From: Escherichia coli
GTDB taxonomy: Bacteria > Pseudomonadota > Gammaproteobacteria > Enterobacterales > Enterobacteriaceae
Assembly: GCF_030013595.1 (NCBI RefSeq)
Contig: NZ_CP122768.1
DNA: 64,000 nt
Direction: 5' to 3' (one strand)
The notes under the pieces were generated by a model. That model saw only the letters and a list, made by a program, of their open reading frames with translations. It was not told the origin of the DNA and searched no databases. The position numbers and the translations under genes were made by a program. Positions 17,845 through 28,417 of this stretch are shown here, piece after piece (position 1 is the stretch's first letter; each line of letters starts with the position of its first letter).

Positions 17845-18000
17845 ATGTCTATGACTTCCGCAGACCTAAGGTCCCTCCTGACTCTGGTCTATAAACTCGT
17901 GTTCCTCTCTGTGGGTCTCTACATGGTTCTCTCTGGTCGACTCGGTGTGGATGTGTTCGACACTCTGTCTAAGGCTGTGGGTGGACTTCTAGGTCCTTAG
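17845..18000 (+). CDS. 51-aa hydrophobic peptide (one or two TM segments)
   Basis: Not in the ORF track (<60 aa). ATG at 17845 preceded by GAAGGAGGA. MSMTSADLRSLLTLVYKLVFLSVGLYMVLSGRLGVDVFDTLSKAVGGLLGP. Confidence 0.45.
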   Translation: MSMTSADLRSLLTLVYKLVFLSVGLYMVLSGRLGVDVFDTLSKAVGGLLGP

Positions 18001-18241
18001 GTTTGGACTCACAGTGGGACCGATGATTTCTGACAGAAAAATGTGAATGACCATCTAATACATTAAGCCAGCAGACTTCCCCCCATAGTCCCGCCTCAAG
18101 TCCAGACCGAGGCCACCGGGGGTCCTGACCAGCCGTCTAGACATCCCGTCTAATGACACAAGTCTGGCACAAAGCCTGACACAAAGTCCTTGACTCAATG
18201 CAGGACCTCAGGCCTACTAAGGGTCCGCTTCAAGTCCTTGA

Positions 18242-18252
18242 AGTTCCAGATG
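18242..18252. repeat. Right copy of 11-bp direct repeat AGTTCCAGATG
   Basis: Identical to 8801..8811. Confidence 0.85.
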
Positions 18253-19652
18253 AACTTAATGGGCACATCCAGTTTATCTTTGCCGCGGACGCCGTCGCGG
18301 ATTGCCGTCATTTGCGGGCCATGATCGATAGCATCCGTCCAGCTGAAGCAGGAGATTGACGTTTTGACCGGATTATCCAGCACCGGTAGGCGTTCTATGG
18401 TAATGGTATAGGTCGATTCACGCGCGCCACTATTCCCGCCGCTGATGCCGACATTGCCCGTCAAAATAGGCAACATAGCAATAGCGCGTGCGGTCAGCTC
18501 ACCGTTTGCCTGGCGTTGCGGCCCCCAGCCCTGGCAGATATAAGCGGGTTTTGCTGTGCCAATTTCACGCGCCAGTTTGATGATACGGTCCACCGGGATA
18601 CCGGTAATTTGCGAAGCCCACTGCGGCGTTTTCGCTGTTTTATCGTCACCTTCACCAAGAATATAGGCTTTATAGTGACCATTTTTTGGTGCATCTGCGG
18701 GTAAGGTTTTTTCGTCATAGCCGACGCAGTATTTATCAAGAAAAGGTTGATCAACGAGATTTTCGTTAATCAATACCCAGGCAATACCCGCAACCAGCGC
18801 GGCATCGGTGCCCGGGCGAATAGGAAGCCATTCGTCTTCACGACCGGCAGCCGTATCGGTATATCGCGGATCGATAACAATCATTTTTGCGTTCGATTTC
18901 TCGCGCGCTTTTTCAAGAAGATAAGTGATGCCACCACCGCTCATGCGGGTTTCTGCCGGGTTGTTACCAAACATCACGACCAGCTTGCTGTTTTCAATAT
19001 CCGTGGTGCTGTTGCCATCATTACTGCCGTAGGTGTAGGGCATGGCACAGGAAATTTGCGCGGTGCTGTAGGAGCCATACTGGTTGAGTGAGCCGCCGTA
19101 GCAGTTCATCAGGCGTTTGACCGCCGAGGCGGATGGCGAAGAGCGGGTCATATTGCCGCCAACAATCCCCGAAGAGTACTGAATATATACAGCCTCATTG
19201 TCATATTGTTCGACGGTTTTTTTCAGGCTACTGGCGATAGTATCCAGGGCTTCATCCCAGCTAATCCGTTCGAATTTGCCTTCGCCGCGTTTGCCCACGC
19301 GTTTCATTGGGTAATTCAAGCGGTCGGGATGATTAATACGCCGACGGATGGAGCGACCGCGCAAACAGGCGCGTACTTGATGATTGCCATACTCATCGCT
19401 GCCGGTGTTGTCAGTTTCCACCCAGGTCACTTCATTATCTTTAACATGCAGACGAAGTGCACAGCGGCTACCACAGTTGACGGAACAGGCACCCCAGACC
19501 ACTTTCTCGCTGGCCTGTTGTACTGCTGCCGCTGCACTGCGCAGGGTGAACGGTAAAGAAAAACCGCCTGCAGCCAGCGCCAGAGAACCTATCGCGGTAG
19601 ATTTAACGAGTGTTCTGCGGCTGATGCCCACCATTTGTTCATTTTTGGACAT
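18242..19652 (-). pseudogene. ynfE: ynfE 5' fragment (Tat signal through ...KLDVPIKFIWN)
   Basis: MSKNEQMVGISRRTLVKSTAIGSLALAAGG..., DmsA/YnfF paralogue. Track ORF 18195..19652 ends with 16 island-encoded residues. Confidence 0.9.
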
Positions 19653-19751
19653 AACTCACTCCCTGTTCTTTATCGTTATATAAAAGTTTATATATTGAAT
19701 ATTTAGCGCGCTAACAATAGAGGGAGTCTACCTATTTTGGGTTAAGAATTA

Positions 19752-19765
19752 TTAATCCATATCAA
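19752..19765. promoter_or_regulatory. Possible FNR box TTAATccatATCAA upstream of ynfE
   Basis: One mismatch to TTGAT-N4-ATCAA, ~100 bp upstream of the ynfE start. The ynfEFGH operon is known to be anaerobically induced. Confidence 0.3.
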
Positions 19766-19850
19766 TAGAAGGGTATGAGTAATAAAGTGGGATTATGTTG
19801 TATGTTCAAATCGCCGGATGTGTCGTATCCGGCGTGCTGTCGATAATGTG

Positions 19851-20159
19851 TTACTGCGGTTCGGCAGGCGCGCCATCCTGGGTAGACTGCGCGGGAGCAG
19901 AGACGTTACCGCTGGTGGTGCGGGTGTAGAGAATTTTATGCGTATCATTAGCGCAATGCCCGACGACCTGGGAATCAGGCTGATCAACCTGGTCATTGGG
20001 TACAATACTTAACGTGAAGCTGCTTTCGGGAACGCCATTATTGATAATGCGCTGTGATATATCGCTCTGTATGCGCTCACAGGATCCCGGCGCGGCGAGT
20101 ACCGCGGGTGAGGCGAGGGCGAGCAGAAGCGCGGCACAGCAGGTTGAGAGTTTCATCAT
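19851..20159 (-). CDS. ynfD: YnfD, small secreted protein (DUF1161)
   Basis: Start MMKLSTCCAALLLALASPAVLA (signal peptide) at 20159. Confidence 0.85.
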   Translation of the reverse strand: MMKLSTCCAALLLALASPAVLAAPGSCERIQSDISQRIINNGVPESSFTLSIVPNDQVDQPDSQVVGHCANDTHKILYTRTTSGNVSAPAQSTQDGAPAEPQ

Positions 20160-20263
20160 AAGCTCCTTACGCGAAGATAACTTCTTTAAGCATAGCATTT
20201 AACGTGTAAAGTACTGTATTTGCTACTATGATTGAGAATCATCTCTACTCTCTGGTGACTGTT

Positions 20264-20974
20264 GTGAAATACAAATTACTGCCATGCTTACTCGCGATAT
20301 TCCTCACAGGATGTGACCGCACAGAGGTAACACTTTCATTTACCCCTGAGATGGCCAGTTTCTCTAATGAATTCGATTTTGATCCGCTGCGTGGTCCGGT
20401 AAAAGATTTCACTCAGACATTAATGGATGAGCAAGGTGAAGTGACGAAACGTGTTTCTGGGACTTTGTCGGAAGAAGGCTGTTTTGATTCACTCGAATTA
20501 CTGGATCTGGAAAATAATACCGTGGTCGCTCTGGTACTGGACGCCAATTATTACCGTGATGCCGAGACGCTGGAGAAGAGAGTACGTTTACAGGGAAAAT
20601 GCCAGCTAGCAGAATTACCTTCTGCCGGGGTGAGTTGGGAAACCGATGATAATGGCTTCGTGATTAAAGCCAGCAGCAAACAGATGCAGATGGAATATCG
20701 CTATGATGATCAGGGGTATCCGCTGGGTAAAACCACGAAAAGTAACGACAAAACATTATCTGTCAGCGCCACGCCATCAACGGATCCGATCAAAAAATTA
20801 GATTACACAGCGGTTACTTTACTGAATAATCAACGGGTTGGTAATGTAAAACAGAGCTGTGAATATGACAGTCACGCCAATCCGGTGGACTGTCAGCTAA
20901 TCATTGTTGATGAAGGAGTAAAACCCGCCGTCGAACGGATTTACACCATCAAAAATACTATCGATTATTATTAA
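20264..20974 (+). CDS. ynfC: YnfC lipoprotein (UPF0257)
   Basis: GTG at 20264 gives (M)KYKLLPCLLAIFLTGC with lipobox LTGC. 236 aa as in K-12. Confidence 0.85.
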   Translation: MKYKLLPCLLAIFLTGCDRTEVTLSFTPEMASFSNEFDFDPLRGPVKDFTQTLMDEQGEVTKRVSGTLSEEGCFDSLELLDLENNTVVALVLDANYYRDAETLEKRVRLQGKCQLAELPSAGVSWETDDNGFVIKASSKQMQMEYRYDDQGYPLGKTTKSNDKTLSVSATPSTDPIKKLDYTAVTLLNNQRVGNVKQSCEYDSHANPVDCQLIIVDEGVKPAVERIYTIKNTIDYY

Positions 20975-20976
20975 TG

Positions 20977-21537
20977 CTATTGTGCGGTCGGCTTCAGGAG
21001 AGTCTGACCCGGTGTTTTGTGCTCTGCCAGATACTGATGCTGGAATATACACATGCGAATAGCATTACGATATTGACCATTAATAAAAAACTCATGCATC
21101 AATTCACCTTCAACCGTAAAGCCAAGCTTGCGGTAAATGTGAATCGCTTTTTCATTCTCTTTATCAACGATCAGATACAGCTTATAGAGATTGAGAACGG
21201 TGAAGCCATAGTCCATTGCTAATTTGGCGGCACGGGTTGCCAGACCTTTCCCTTGATACTCCGGGGAGATAATTATCTGAAATTCTGCGCGGCGATGAAC
21301 ATGGTTAATTTCCACCAGCTCCACCAGACCGGCTTTTTCGCCGTCACATTCCACCACAAAGCGCCGTTCGCTCTGATCGTGAATATGCTTATCGTACAGA
21401 TCAGAGAGTTCAACAAAGGCTTCGTAGGGTTCCTCAAACCAGTAACGCATCACACTGGCGTTATTGTCGAGTTGATGTACATAGCGTAAATCTTCACGCT
21501 CCAGCGGGCGTAGCTTAACACTGTGGGCGCTTGGCAT
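20977..21537 (-). CDS. speG: Spermidine N1-acetyltransferase SpeG
   Basis: 186 aa, [39 protein letters not shown]..., GNAT fold. Confidence 0.93.
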   Translation of the reverse strand: MPSAHSVKLRPLEREDLRYVHQLDNNASVMRYWFEEPYEAFVELSDLYDKHIHDQSERRFVVECDGEKAGLVELVEINHVHRRAEFQIIISPEYQGKGLATRAAKLAMDYGFTVLNLYKLYLIVDKENEKAIHIYRKLGFTVEGELMHEFFINGQYRNAIRMCIFQHQYLAEHKTPGQTLLKPTAQ

Positions 21538-21571
21538 AACGTGTCCTTACATTCCTTAAATCAATAACAGG

Positions 21572-21913
21572 TTAGGGGGTAATAACGCGGCCAGTTCGAC
21601 GGTCCAGGCAGCGCAAAGTATTTGGCTCCCAGTAGGCATTGATGTTGGCGCTTTGCTCACATTTATCGCGGTTATCAAAAGCGGCGTCGGCTTTATCCCA
21701 CTCTTTTTCAGTGCGTTTATTCACTTTCTGGCGCAGATTGCGCGTGTCATTCCATTGCTCTTTTTCCATAGCGGCGTGCTGGCGGCTTTGTGCACTGTCG
21801 CCAGACTCAATCACCAGTTTGTTAGTTTCGGCATGAACAGTTGTGCTCAATGCCAGTGCGCAAGGCAGCAGAAAAGCGAGCAGGCCAATTCGTTTGCTGA
21901 GAGTAATTTTCAT
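21572..21913 (-). CDS. ynfB: YnfB (UPF0482), secreted small protein
   Basis: 113 aa with signal peptide [28 protein letters not shown]. Confidence 0.88.
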
Positions 21914-22047
21914 AATTCATTCCCTGTATGAATGATTAAAGGTGATTCTACACCATCCACTGCGAACGCAAAACGTACCAGGAGGATGTTTATATTGATG
22001 ATATTATGTCGTCCTATAACTATACATGATGTCAATAAGTGACAAAG

Positions 22048-22374
22048 ATGATTAAAACAACGTTACTATTTTTTGCTACTGCGCTGTGTGAAATTATTGG
22101 ATGCTTTCTGCCCTGGTTGTGGTTAAAACGAAACGCCAGTATCTGGCTGTTACTTCCGACGGGGATTTCTCTGGCACTGTTTGTCTGGTTGTTAACGTTG
22201 CATCCTGCGGCGAGTGGGCGTGTTTACGCGGCTTATGGTGGCGTTTATGTCTGCACGGCGTTGATGTGGCTGCGCGTTGTGGATGGCGTGAAACTGAGTC
22301 TTTATGACTGGACGGGGGCATTGATTGCGCTTTGCGGCATGTTGATCATTGTTGCGGGCTGGGGGCGCGCGTAA
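22048..22374 (+). CDS. ynfA: YnfA (UPF0060) small membrane protein
   Basis: ATG at 22048, [27 protein letters not shown], 108 aa. Confidence 0.88.
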   Translation: MIKTTLLFFATALCEIIGCFLPWLWLKRNASIWLLLPTGISLALFVWLLTLHPAASGRVYAAYGGVYVCTALMWLRVVDGVKLSLYDWTGALIALCGMLIIVAGWGRA

Positions 22375-22579
22375 GGACATAAATCCATTTTATCAATAAG
22401 ATACAAGGAAGTGTCAGCTGACAAAAGGTATTCTATTTCATCTTTTGTCAACCATTCACGGCGCAAATATACGCCTTTTTTTGTGATCACTCCGGCTTTT
22501 TTCGATCTTCATACTTGTATGGTAGTAGCTCAGTTGCGTAGATTTCATGCATCACGACAAGCGATGCAAGGAATCGAAC

Positions 22580-23794
22580 ATGAAGATCGTAAAGGCTGAA
22601 GTTTTTGTTACCTGTCCGGGGCGTAATTTCGTCACATTAAAAATCACCACTGAGGACGGTATTACGGGCCTTGGGGATGCCACCCTCAATGGACGTGAGC
22701 TTTCCGTGGCCTCTTATTTGCAGGATCACCTTTGTCCGCAGCTTATTGGTCGCGATGCGCACCGTATCGAAGATATCTGGCAGTTTTTCTATAAAGGTGC
22801 TTACTGGCGTCGCGGCCCGGTGACGATGTCGGCCATTTCAGCGGTTGATATGGCGCTGTGGGATATTAAAGCCAAAGCTGCCAACATGCCGCTTTACCAG
22901 TTACTAGGCGGCGCGTCTCGTGAAGGGGTGATGGTTTATTGCCATACCACCGGTCACAGTATTGATGAAGCTCTGGATGATTATGCTCGTCATCAGGAGC
23001 TGGGATTCAAAGCCATCCGCGTGCAGTGCGGAATCCCTGGTATGAAAACCACCTACGGCATGTCGAAAGGTAAAGGTCTGGCTTATGAACCCGCAACTAA
23101 AGGACAGTGGCCGGAAGAGCAGCTGTGGTCGACGGAGAAATACCTCGATTTCATGCCGAAATTGTTTGACGCGGTACGTAACAAGTTTGGTTTTAATGAA
23201 CATTTGCTGCATGACATGCACCATCGCTTAACGCCTATTGAAGCGGCGCGCTTTGGTAAAAGCATTGAAGATTATCGCATGTTCTGGATGGAAGACCCGA
23301 CGCCTGCGGAAAACCAGGAATGCTTCCGTCTCATTCGCCAACATACCGTCACACCCATCGCGGTGGGTGAAGTCTTCAACAGCATCTGGGACTGCAAGCA
23401 ACTGATTGAAGAGCAACTTATCGATTATATCCGCACTACGCTGACCCACGCGGGTGGTATTACCGGTATGCGCCGGATTGCCGATTTTGCTTCGCTGTAT
23501 CAGGTACGTACTGGCTCACACGGTCCTTCCGATTTGTCACCAGTCTGCATGGCTGCGGCGCTGCACTTTGATCTGTGGGTCCCCAATTTCGGTGTCCAGG
23601 AATACATGGGTTATTCCGAACAAATGCTCGAAGTCTTCCCGCACAACTGGACTTTCGATAACGGCTATATGCATCCGGGAGACAAACCGGGTCTTGGCAT
23701 CGAATTCGATGAAAAGCTGGCGGCGAAATATCCCTATGAACCTGCTTATCTGCCAGTCGCACGTCTGGAAGATGGCACGCTGTGGAACTGGTAA
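22580..23794 (+). CDS. rspA: Starvation-sensing protein RspA (enolase-superfamily dehydratase)
   Basis: ATG at 22580, [40 protein letters not shown], 404 aa. Confidence 0.92.
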
Positions 23795-23805
23795 GGAGTA
23801 AGATA

Positions 23806-24825
23806 ATGAAAAGCATTTTAATTGAAAAACCGAATCAACTGGCAATTATCGAACGCGAAATACCCATCCCGTCAGCGGGTGAAGTACGAGTAAAAGTGAA
23901 ACTTGCCGGAATTTGTGGTTCAGATAGCCATATTTATCGTGGGCATAATCCTTTTGCGAAATATCCGCGCGTCATTGGTCATGAATTCTTTGGCGTCATT
24001 GATGCAGTGGGTGAAGGCGTGGAAAGCGCCAGAGTCGGTGAACGCGTTGCTGTCGATCCGGTGGTCAGCTGTGGGCATTGCTATCCGTGCTCTATAGGTA
24101 AGCCGAACGTTTGTACGACACTGGCTGTATTAGGTGTGCACGCTGACGGTGGTTTCAGTGAATATGCCGTGGTGCCGGCAAAAAATGCGTGGAAAATTCC
24201 TGAAGCAGTGGCCGATCAATATGCGGTGATGATCGAACCTTTTACCATTGCGGCTAACGTTTCCGGTCATGGTCAACCGACTGAAAATGATACCGTTCTG
24301 GTTTACGGTGCCGGTCCAATCGGCCTGACGATCGTTCAGGTATTAAAAGGCGTCTATAACGTTAAAAATGTGATTGTTGCCGATCGCATTGATGAACGAC
24401 TGGAAAAAGCGAAAGAGAGCGGGGCAGACTGGGCGATTAATAACAGCCAGACACCGCTTGGCGAGATTTTCGCTGAAAAAGGCATAAAGCCGACATTAAT
24501 TATCGATGCGGCTTGTCATCCTTCTATCCTGAAAGAGGCTGTAACGCTGGCTTCTCCGGCGGCACGTATTGTATTGATGGGGTTCTCCAGTGAACCGTCT
24601 GAAGTGATTCAGCAAGGAATTACCGGAAAAGAACTCTCTATTTTTTCTTCACGCTTAAATGCAAATAAATTCCCGGTCGTTATCGACTGGTTAAGTAAAG
24701 GGTTAATTAAACCAGAAAAATTAATTACCCATATGTTTGATTTCCAGCATGTTGCTGATGCCATTAGTTTATTTGAACAGGATCAAAAACATTGCTGCAA
24801 AGTCTTACTCACTTTTTCTGAATAA
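23806..24825 (+). CDS. rspB: Starvation-sensing protein RspB (Zn-dependent dehydrogenase)
   Basis: ATG at 23806, MKSILIEKPNQL..GICGSDSHIY..GHEFFG, 339 aa. Confidence 0.92.
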   Translation: MKSILIEKPNQLAIIEREIPIPSAGEVRVKVKLAGICGSDSHIYRGHNPFAKYPRVIGHEFFGVIDAVGEGVESARVGERVAVDPVVSCGHCYPCSIGKPNVCTTLAVLGVHADGGFSEYAVVPAKNAWKIPEAVADQYAVMIEPFTIAANVSGHGQPTENDTVLVYGAGPIGLTIVQVLKGVYNVKNVIVADRIDERLEKAKESGADWAINNSQTPLGEIFAEKGIKPTLIIDAACHPSILKEAVTLASPAARIVLMGFSSEPSEVIQQGITGKELSIFSSRLNANKFPVVIDWLSKGLIKPEKLITHMFDFQHVADAISLFEQDQKHCCKVLLTFSE

Positions 24826-24882
24826 TACCAATAACGGCGAGTAAGTAGTACGCATCTTACCTCTTTTTTAGAGATAACCATT

Positions 24883-25011
24883 ATGACAATAGAAAAACAC
24901 GAAAGAAGCACTAAGGATTTGGTGAAAGCAGCAGTATCGGGATGGCTGGGCACAGCGCTTGAATTTATGGATTTCAAGAGTCATACGTGTCAACTATTTG
25001 ATAAATATTAA
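24883..25011 (+). pseudogene. ydfJ: ydfJ' N-terminal remnant of an MFS transporter truncated by prophage insertion
   Basis: MTIEKHERSTKDLVKAAVSGWLGTALEFMDF, then unrelated KSHTCQLFDKY-stop. The MFS E-F-x-D-F motif is cut at ~24976. Confidence 0.7.
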
Positions 25012-25831
25012 ATTAATTTTTCATTGCTTCGTTATGGGGCATGGTTGGGGCAAACTCGCTTAACTGTGTATTTAACAAAGCTACCTGTGCATTATTGTTT
25101 TCAGACATCCATTTTCCGTATACCTGAAATACCATTTGCGCATCTGCATGGCCCATCTGGTTTGCTATAAATGCCGGGTTAGCACCAGCTGTCAGCGACC
25201 AGCAGGCATAAGTATGTCTCGACTGATATGATTTTCGATGGCGGAGTCCGGCACGTTTTATCGCTGCGTCCCACATCTGCCTTATTGAGTCAACGGTAAA
25301 ATGGTCACCATAATTTTTTACTCTCGCTGACACTTCAGGTTGAAAAACAAAGGTGCATTTATGTTTTTCTGTTCTGCCATACTCTCTGAGGTGAACATCA
25401 ATGATATGCTCTTTGCTCAGTCTCGTTAATGTCATCTGACTCCGGAGAGCGTCGATTGCTGGCTTAATAAGATGAATGACCCGATTGGTTCCCGCCTGTG
25501 TTTTTGGTACCGTGAAACGGTCTTTTGCTAAATTTCTCCTGATCATCATTGTTCCATTTTTCAGATCTATGTCCTCCCATCCAAGTGCACACAGCTCACC
25601 AGGGCGAACGCCAGTATAAACAGAAACACACCATAAATTTTTGGCTTGCTGATTTCTGCACGCATCGATAAGACGGATGAATTCCTCCCGCGAAAGAGGA
25701 TCCGGAATGGTTCTTGATTCCTTTAATGGCGAGATCCCCTTAAACGGGTTATCTGCCAGGTAACCGTTATCAACACCAAACTGGAACACGGCGTTAAGAT
25801 TGTAAGCGACTCGTCAGAACCGTATTGATAT

Positions 25832-27403
25832 TTACTGAGAGCTCAGATCAACTTTCCAGGGCAACAGATCGCGTACCCGGTTTGCCGGCCAGTCCTGGAT
25901 ATGTTCAATGACGTAACGCAGCCACTTTTCTGGCTCCACATTGTTCAGACGGCATGTGCCGATCAGCGAGTACAACACCGCCGCATGTTCACCACCGCTG
26001 TCGGAACCCGCGAACATCCAGTTTTTCCGGCCTACGGCCACTCCCCGTAAGGCGTTCTCTGCGATGTTGTTGTCGATTTCCACCCAGCCATTACTGCAGT
26101 ACACGTTCAGTGCATCCCACTGTTTCAGCAGGTATGCGAACGCTTTTGCCGTATCTGAGTGACGCGACAGTGTTTTCATCTGTTGCTGTATCCAGTCATA
26201 CAGTGACTGCATCAGTGGCGCGGCTCTGGCTTTTCTTGCCGCCAGACGCTGTTCTGCTGAACAGCCCCGGACCTCTGCCTCGATGGCATACAGTTCACCG
26301 ATACGCTGCAGGGCTTCCGTGGTGATGTAGGTGGGCGCTCTTGCATGCACATCGTGGATTTTTCTCCGGGCATGAGCCATACACGCGGCTTCCGTTATTC
26401 TGCCGGATTCGTATAACGCCCGGTAACCACCGTAAGCATCGGCCTGAAGCACACCGCTGTAACCGGCCAGGTGATTTTGTGGATGGATACCTTTCCGGTC
26501 CGGACTGTACGCGAACCAGACCGCCGGGGGCATCTGTGAACCGGCGTTACGGTCATCACGGACGTAGACCCACAGCCGGGCTGTCCGGGTTTTACCGCTG
26601 CCCGGCTCCTGGACCGGGACGGGGATATCATCAGCATGGACTTTACCGGGCATCAGCACATACTGGCGCAGGACGTCATACAGCGGCTCCAGCAGTTCAG
26701 CAACAGCACCTGTCCAGCGCCCCAGTGTGGCACGGCTCAGCTCCACTCCCTGACGACGGTATATTTCTGACTGGCGGTATAACGGCAGATGGTCTGCATA
26801 TTTCCCGGTGACAACATGGGCCAGAAGCCCCGCTCCGGCATAACTGCGTGCAATGGGTTTTGAAGGTACTGGTGCCTGTACGATATGGTCGCACCGGCAA
26901 CAGGCCTGTTTCGGACGTTGTGTTTCGATAACCTTAAAGGCGCTGCTGATAAGCTCCAGTTGCTCTGACACATCACATCCCAGAGAACTGAGTTCACCAC
27001 CACAGGCAGGACAGCATTCCTCTTCCGGCCGGATAACCCGGGTTTCACGGGGAAGTGAGGCCGGTAACGGTTTACGGGCTGAAGACTGGCGCAGGGCGGA
27101 TGGCAGTACCGGGTCATATTGCTCACCCAGCGTTTCCGCCATTTCTTCCTGAAGTGCGCTGATTCGCTCCTGTGCTTCCTGTATCTGCCGTTCGGTTTTT
27201 GCACGAAGTTTTTCTGAGCTTTTACCGAACTGCATACGTTGCAGTTTCGCAACCAGCGCCTTCAGCCGGTTGATTTCGGAAGCATAAGCCGCCACCCGCT
27301 GTGAGAGCAGGCGGTTGTATTCAGCCATCTGGCGGATGGTGTCCTGTTGCGTCTGCAACAGTGCCCGCAGGCGGGCGTTCTCATGAGCAAGTGAGGTGTC
27401 CAT
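25832..27403 (-). CDS. tnpC: IS66-family DDE transposase TnpC (copy 2)
   Basis: 523 aa, identical to 12727..14298. Confidence 0.9.
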   Translation of the reverse strand: MDTSLAHENARLRALLQTQQDTIRQMAEYNRLLSQRVAAYASEINRLKALVAKLQRMQFGKSSEKLRAKTERQIQEAQERISALQEEMAETLGEQYDPVLPSALRQSSARKPLPASLPRETRVIRPEEECCPACGGELSSLGCDVSEQLELISSAFKVIETQRPKQACCRCDHIVQAPVPSKPIARSYAGAGLLAHVVTGKYADHLPLYRQSEIYRRQGVELSRATLGRWTGAVAELLEPLYDVLRQYVLMPGKVHADDIPVPVQEPGSGKTRTARLWVYVRDDRNAGSQMPPAVWFAYSPDRKGIHPQNHLAGYSGVLQADAYGGYRALYESGRITEAACMAHARRKIHDVHARAPTYITTEALQRIGELYAIEAEVRGCSAEQRLAARKARAAPLMQSLYDWIQQQMKTLSRHSDTAKAFAYLLKQWDALNVYCSNGWVEIDNNIAENALRGVAVGRKNWMFAGSDSGGEHAAVLYSLIGTCRLNNVEPEKWLRYVIEHIQDWPANRVRDLLPWKVDLSSQ

Positions 27404-27422
27404 ATCCTCACTTTACAACGGG

Positions 27423-27770
27423 TTATATGCGGATTCCAGCGCGTTCCGTTCGTTTCGGGTGCTTCCAGTTGATACCTTCAAGAAGCATGGATAACTGAGC
27501 CGGAGTAAGGTGCACCTTGCCGTCACGGGTGACTGGCCAGACGAAGCGGCCCCGCTCCAGGCGTTTGGTGAAGAGGCACAGTCCGTCACTGTCAGCCCAC
27601 AACACTTTTATCTGGTCACCCCGGCGTCCGCGGAAGATGAACAGGTGTCCGGAGAACGGGTCATCCTTCAGGACGTTCTGAACTTTTGATGCCAGGCCGT
27701 TAAAGCCATTTCGCATATCGGTGATACCTGCAACCAGCCAGATACGCGAACCTGCAGGGAGAGATATCAT
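27423..27770 (-). CDS. tnpB: IS66-family TnpB (copy 2)
   Basis: 115 aa, identical to 12360..12707. Confidence 0.88.
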   Translation of the reverse strand: MISLPAGSRIWLVAGITDMRNGFNGLASKVQNVLKDDPFSGHLFIFRGRRGDQIKVLWADSDGLCLFTKRLERGRFVWPVTRDGKVHLTPAQLSMLLEGINWKHPKRTERAGIRI

Positions 27771-28417
27771 CAGTGGCTGCTCCCTTTTATTTCGCGGATA
27801 AGTGTCTGTAATAACGCCGGCGTCAGTTTACCTTTAAGCCTGAGAGTTCCGGCCGGCAGAACCAGCTCACAACACAGACTGTCGGACGGTGTATTTATCT
27901 GCTCTGGTTCCTGTGCGGGGGCCGGGATTTTATTATCCGGCTCCGGCGTTAACGTCACGGGAAGCAGTGCCGGCATATTTTTTCCGGAAGGCAGCAGGCC
28001 ACCTTTCCGGTATTGATGGCGCCAGTTGAAGAGCAGGTTATCGTTGATTCCGTTTTCCCGGGCGATCTGCGCCACACAGGCTCCGGGCTGCAGTGACTGC
28101 TCCACTAAGGCGATTTTAAACTCATAAGGGAAGTTGGGCCGCCGGGGACGTTTTTTTACCACGGGGGCTTCGGATATAACGGTGCTTTCAGGACGTACGA
28201 CTGGTACCGTGGAAAATTGTCCGTAAAGGCAGGCATCAAGTTCCTGCTCCGACATGCCTGCGGGCAAAGGCCACGAAAGGCCAGCTCTCCGAAAGCGCAC
28301 GAACATACTACAAACTGTTGATTTTGGTACACCCAGGCGACGCCCGGCCACAACCCGGGGTAAATGTTCTTCAAAGTGAAGACGTAAAGCTTCAGTGATC
28401 CAGGTCCGGTGTTTCAT
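27770..28417 (-). CDS. tnpA: IS66-family TnpA (copy 2)
   Basis: 215 aa, identical to 11713..12360. Confidence 0.8.
   Translation of the reverse strand: MKHRTWITEALRLHFEEHLPRVVAGRRLGVPKSTVCSMFVRFRRAGLSWPLPAGMSEQELDACLYGQFSTVPVVRPESTVISEAPVVKKRPRRPNFPYEFKIALVEQSLQPGACVAQIARENGINDNLLFNWRHQYRKGGLLPSGKNMPALLPVTLTPEPDNKIPAPAQEPEQINTPSDSLCCELVLPAGTLRLKGKLTPALLQTLIREIKGSSH

Larger units (their letters stand above)
8812..18241 (+). mobile_element. Integrative island in ynfE, ~6.7 kb without its IS66 insertion: candidate phage satellite with phage-RNAP-type promoters
   Basis: Bounded by 11-bp direct repeats. Precise removal restores an 808-codon ynfE. Integrase at the left end, all ORFs on the + strand with strong SDs, codon style unlike the flanks. 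Confidence 0.8.

Noticed and set aside
8812-18241. Island as a P4-like, PICI or cfPICI satellite, or a decayed T7-like prophage
   Set aside because: I see no alpA, primase-helicase/rep, sid/psu, small terminase, portal or protease genes typical of those families. Both ends and the att duplication are intact, which argues against a random remnant. This rests on inspection only, so it is kept as an open hypothesis in findings.
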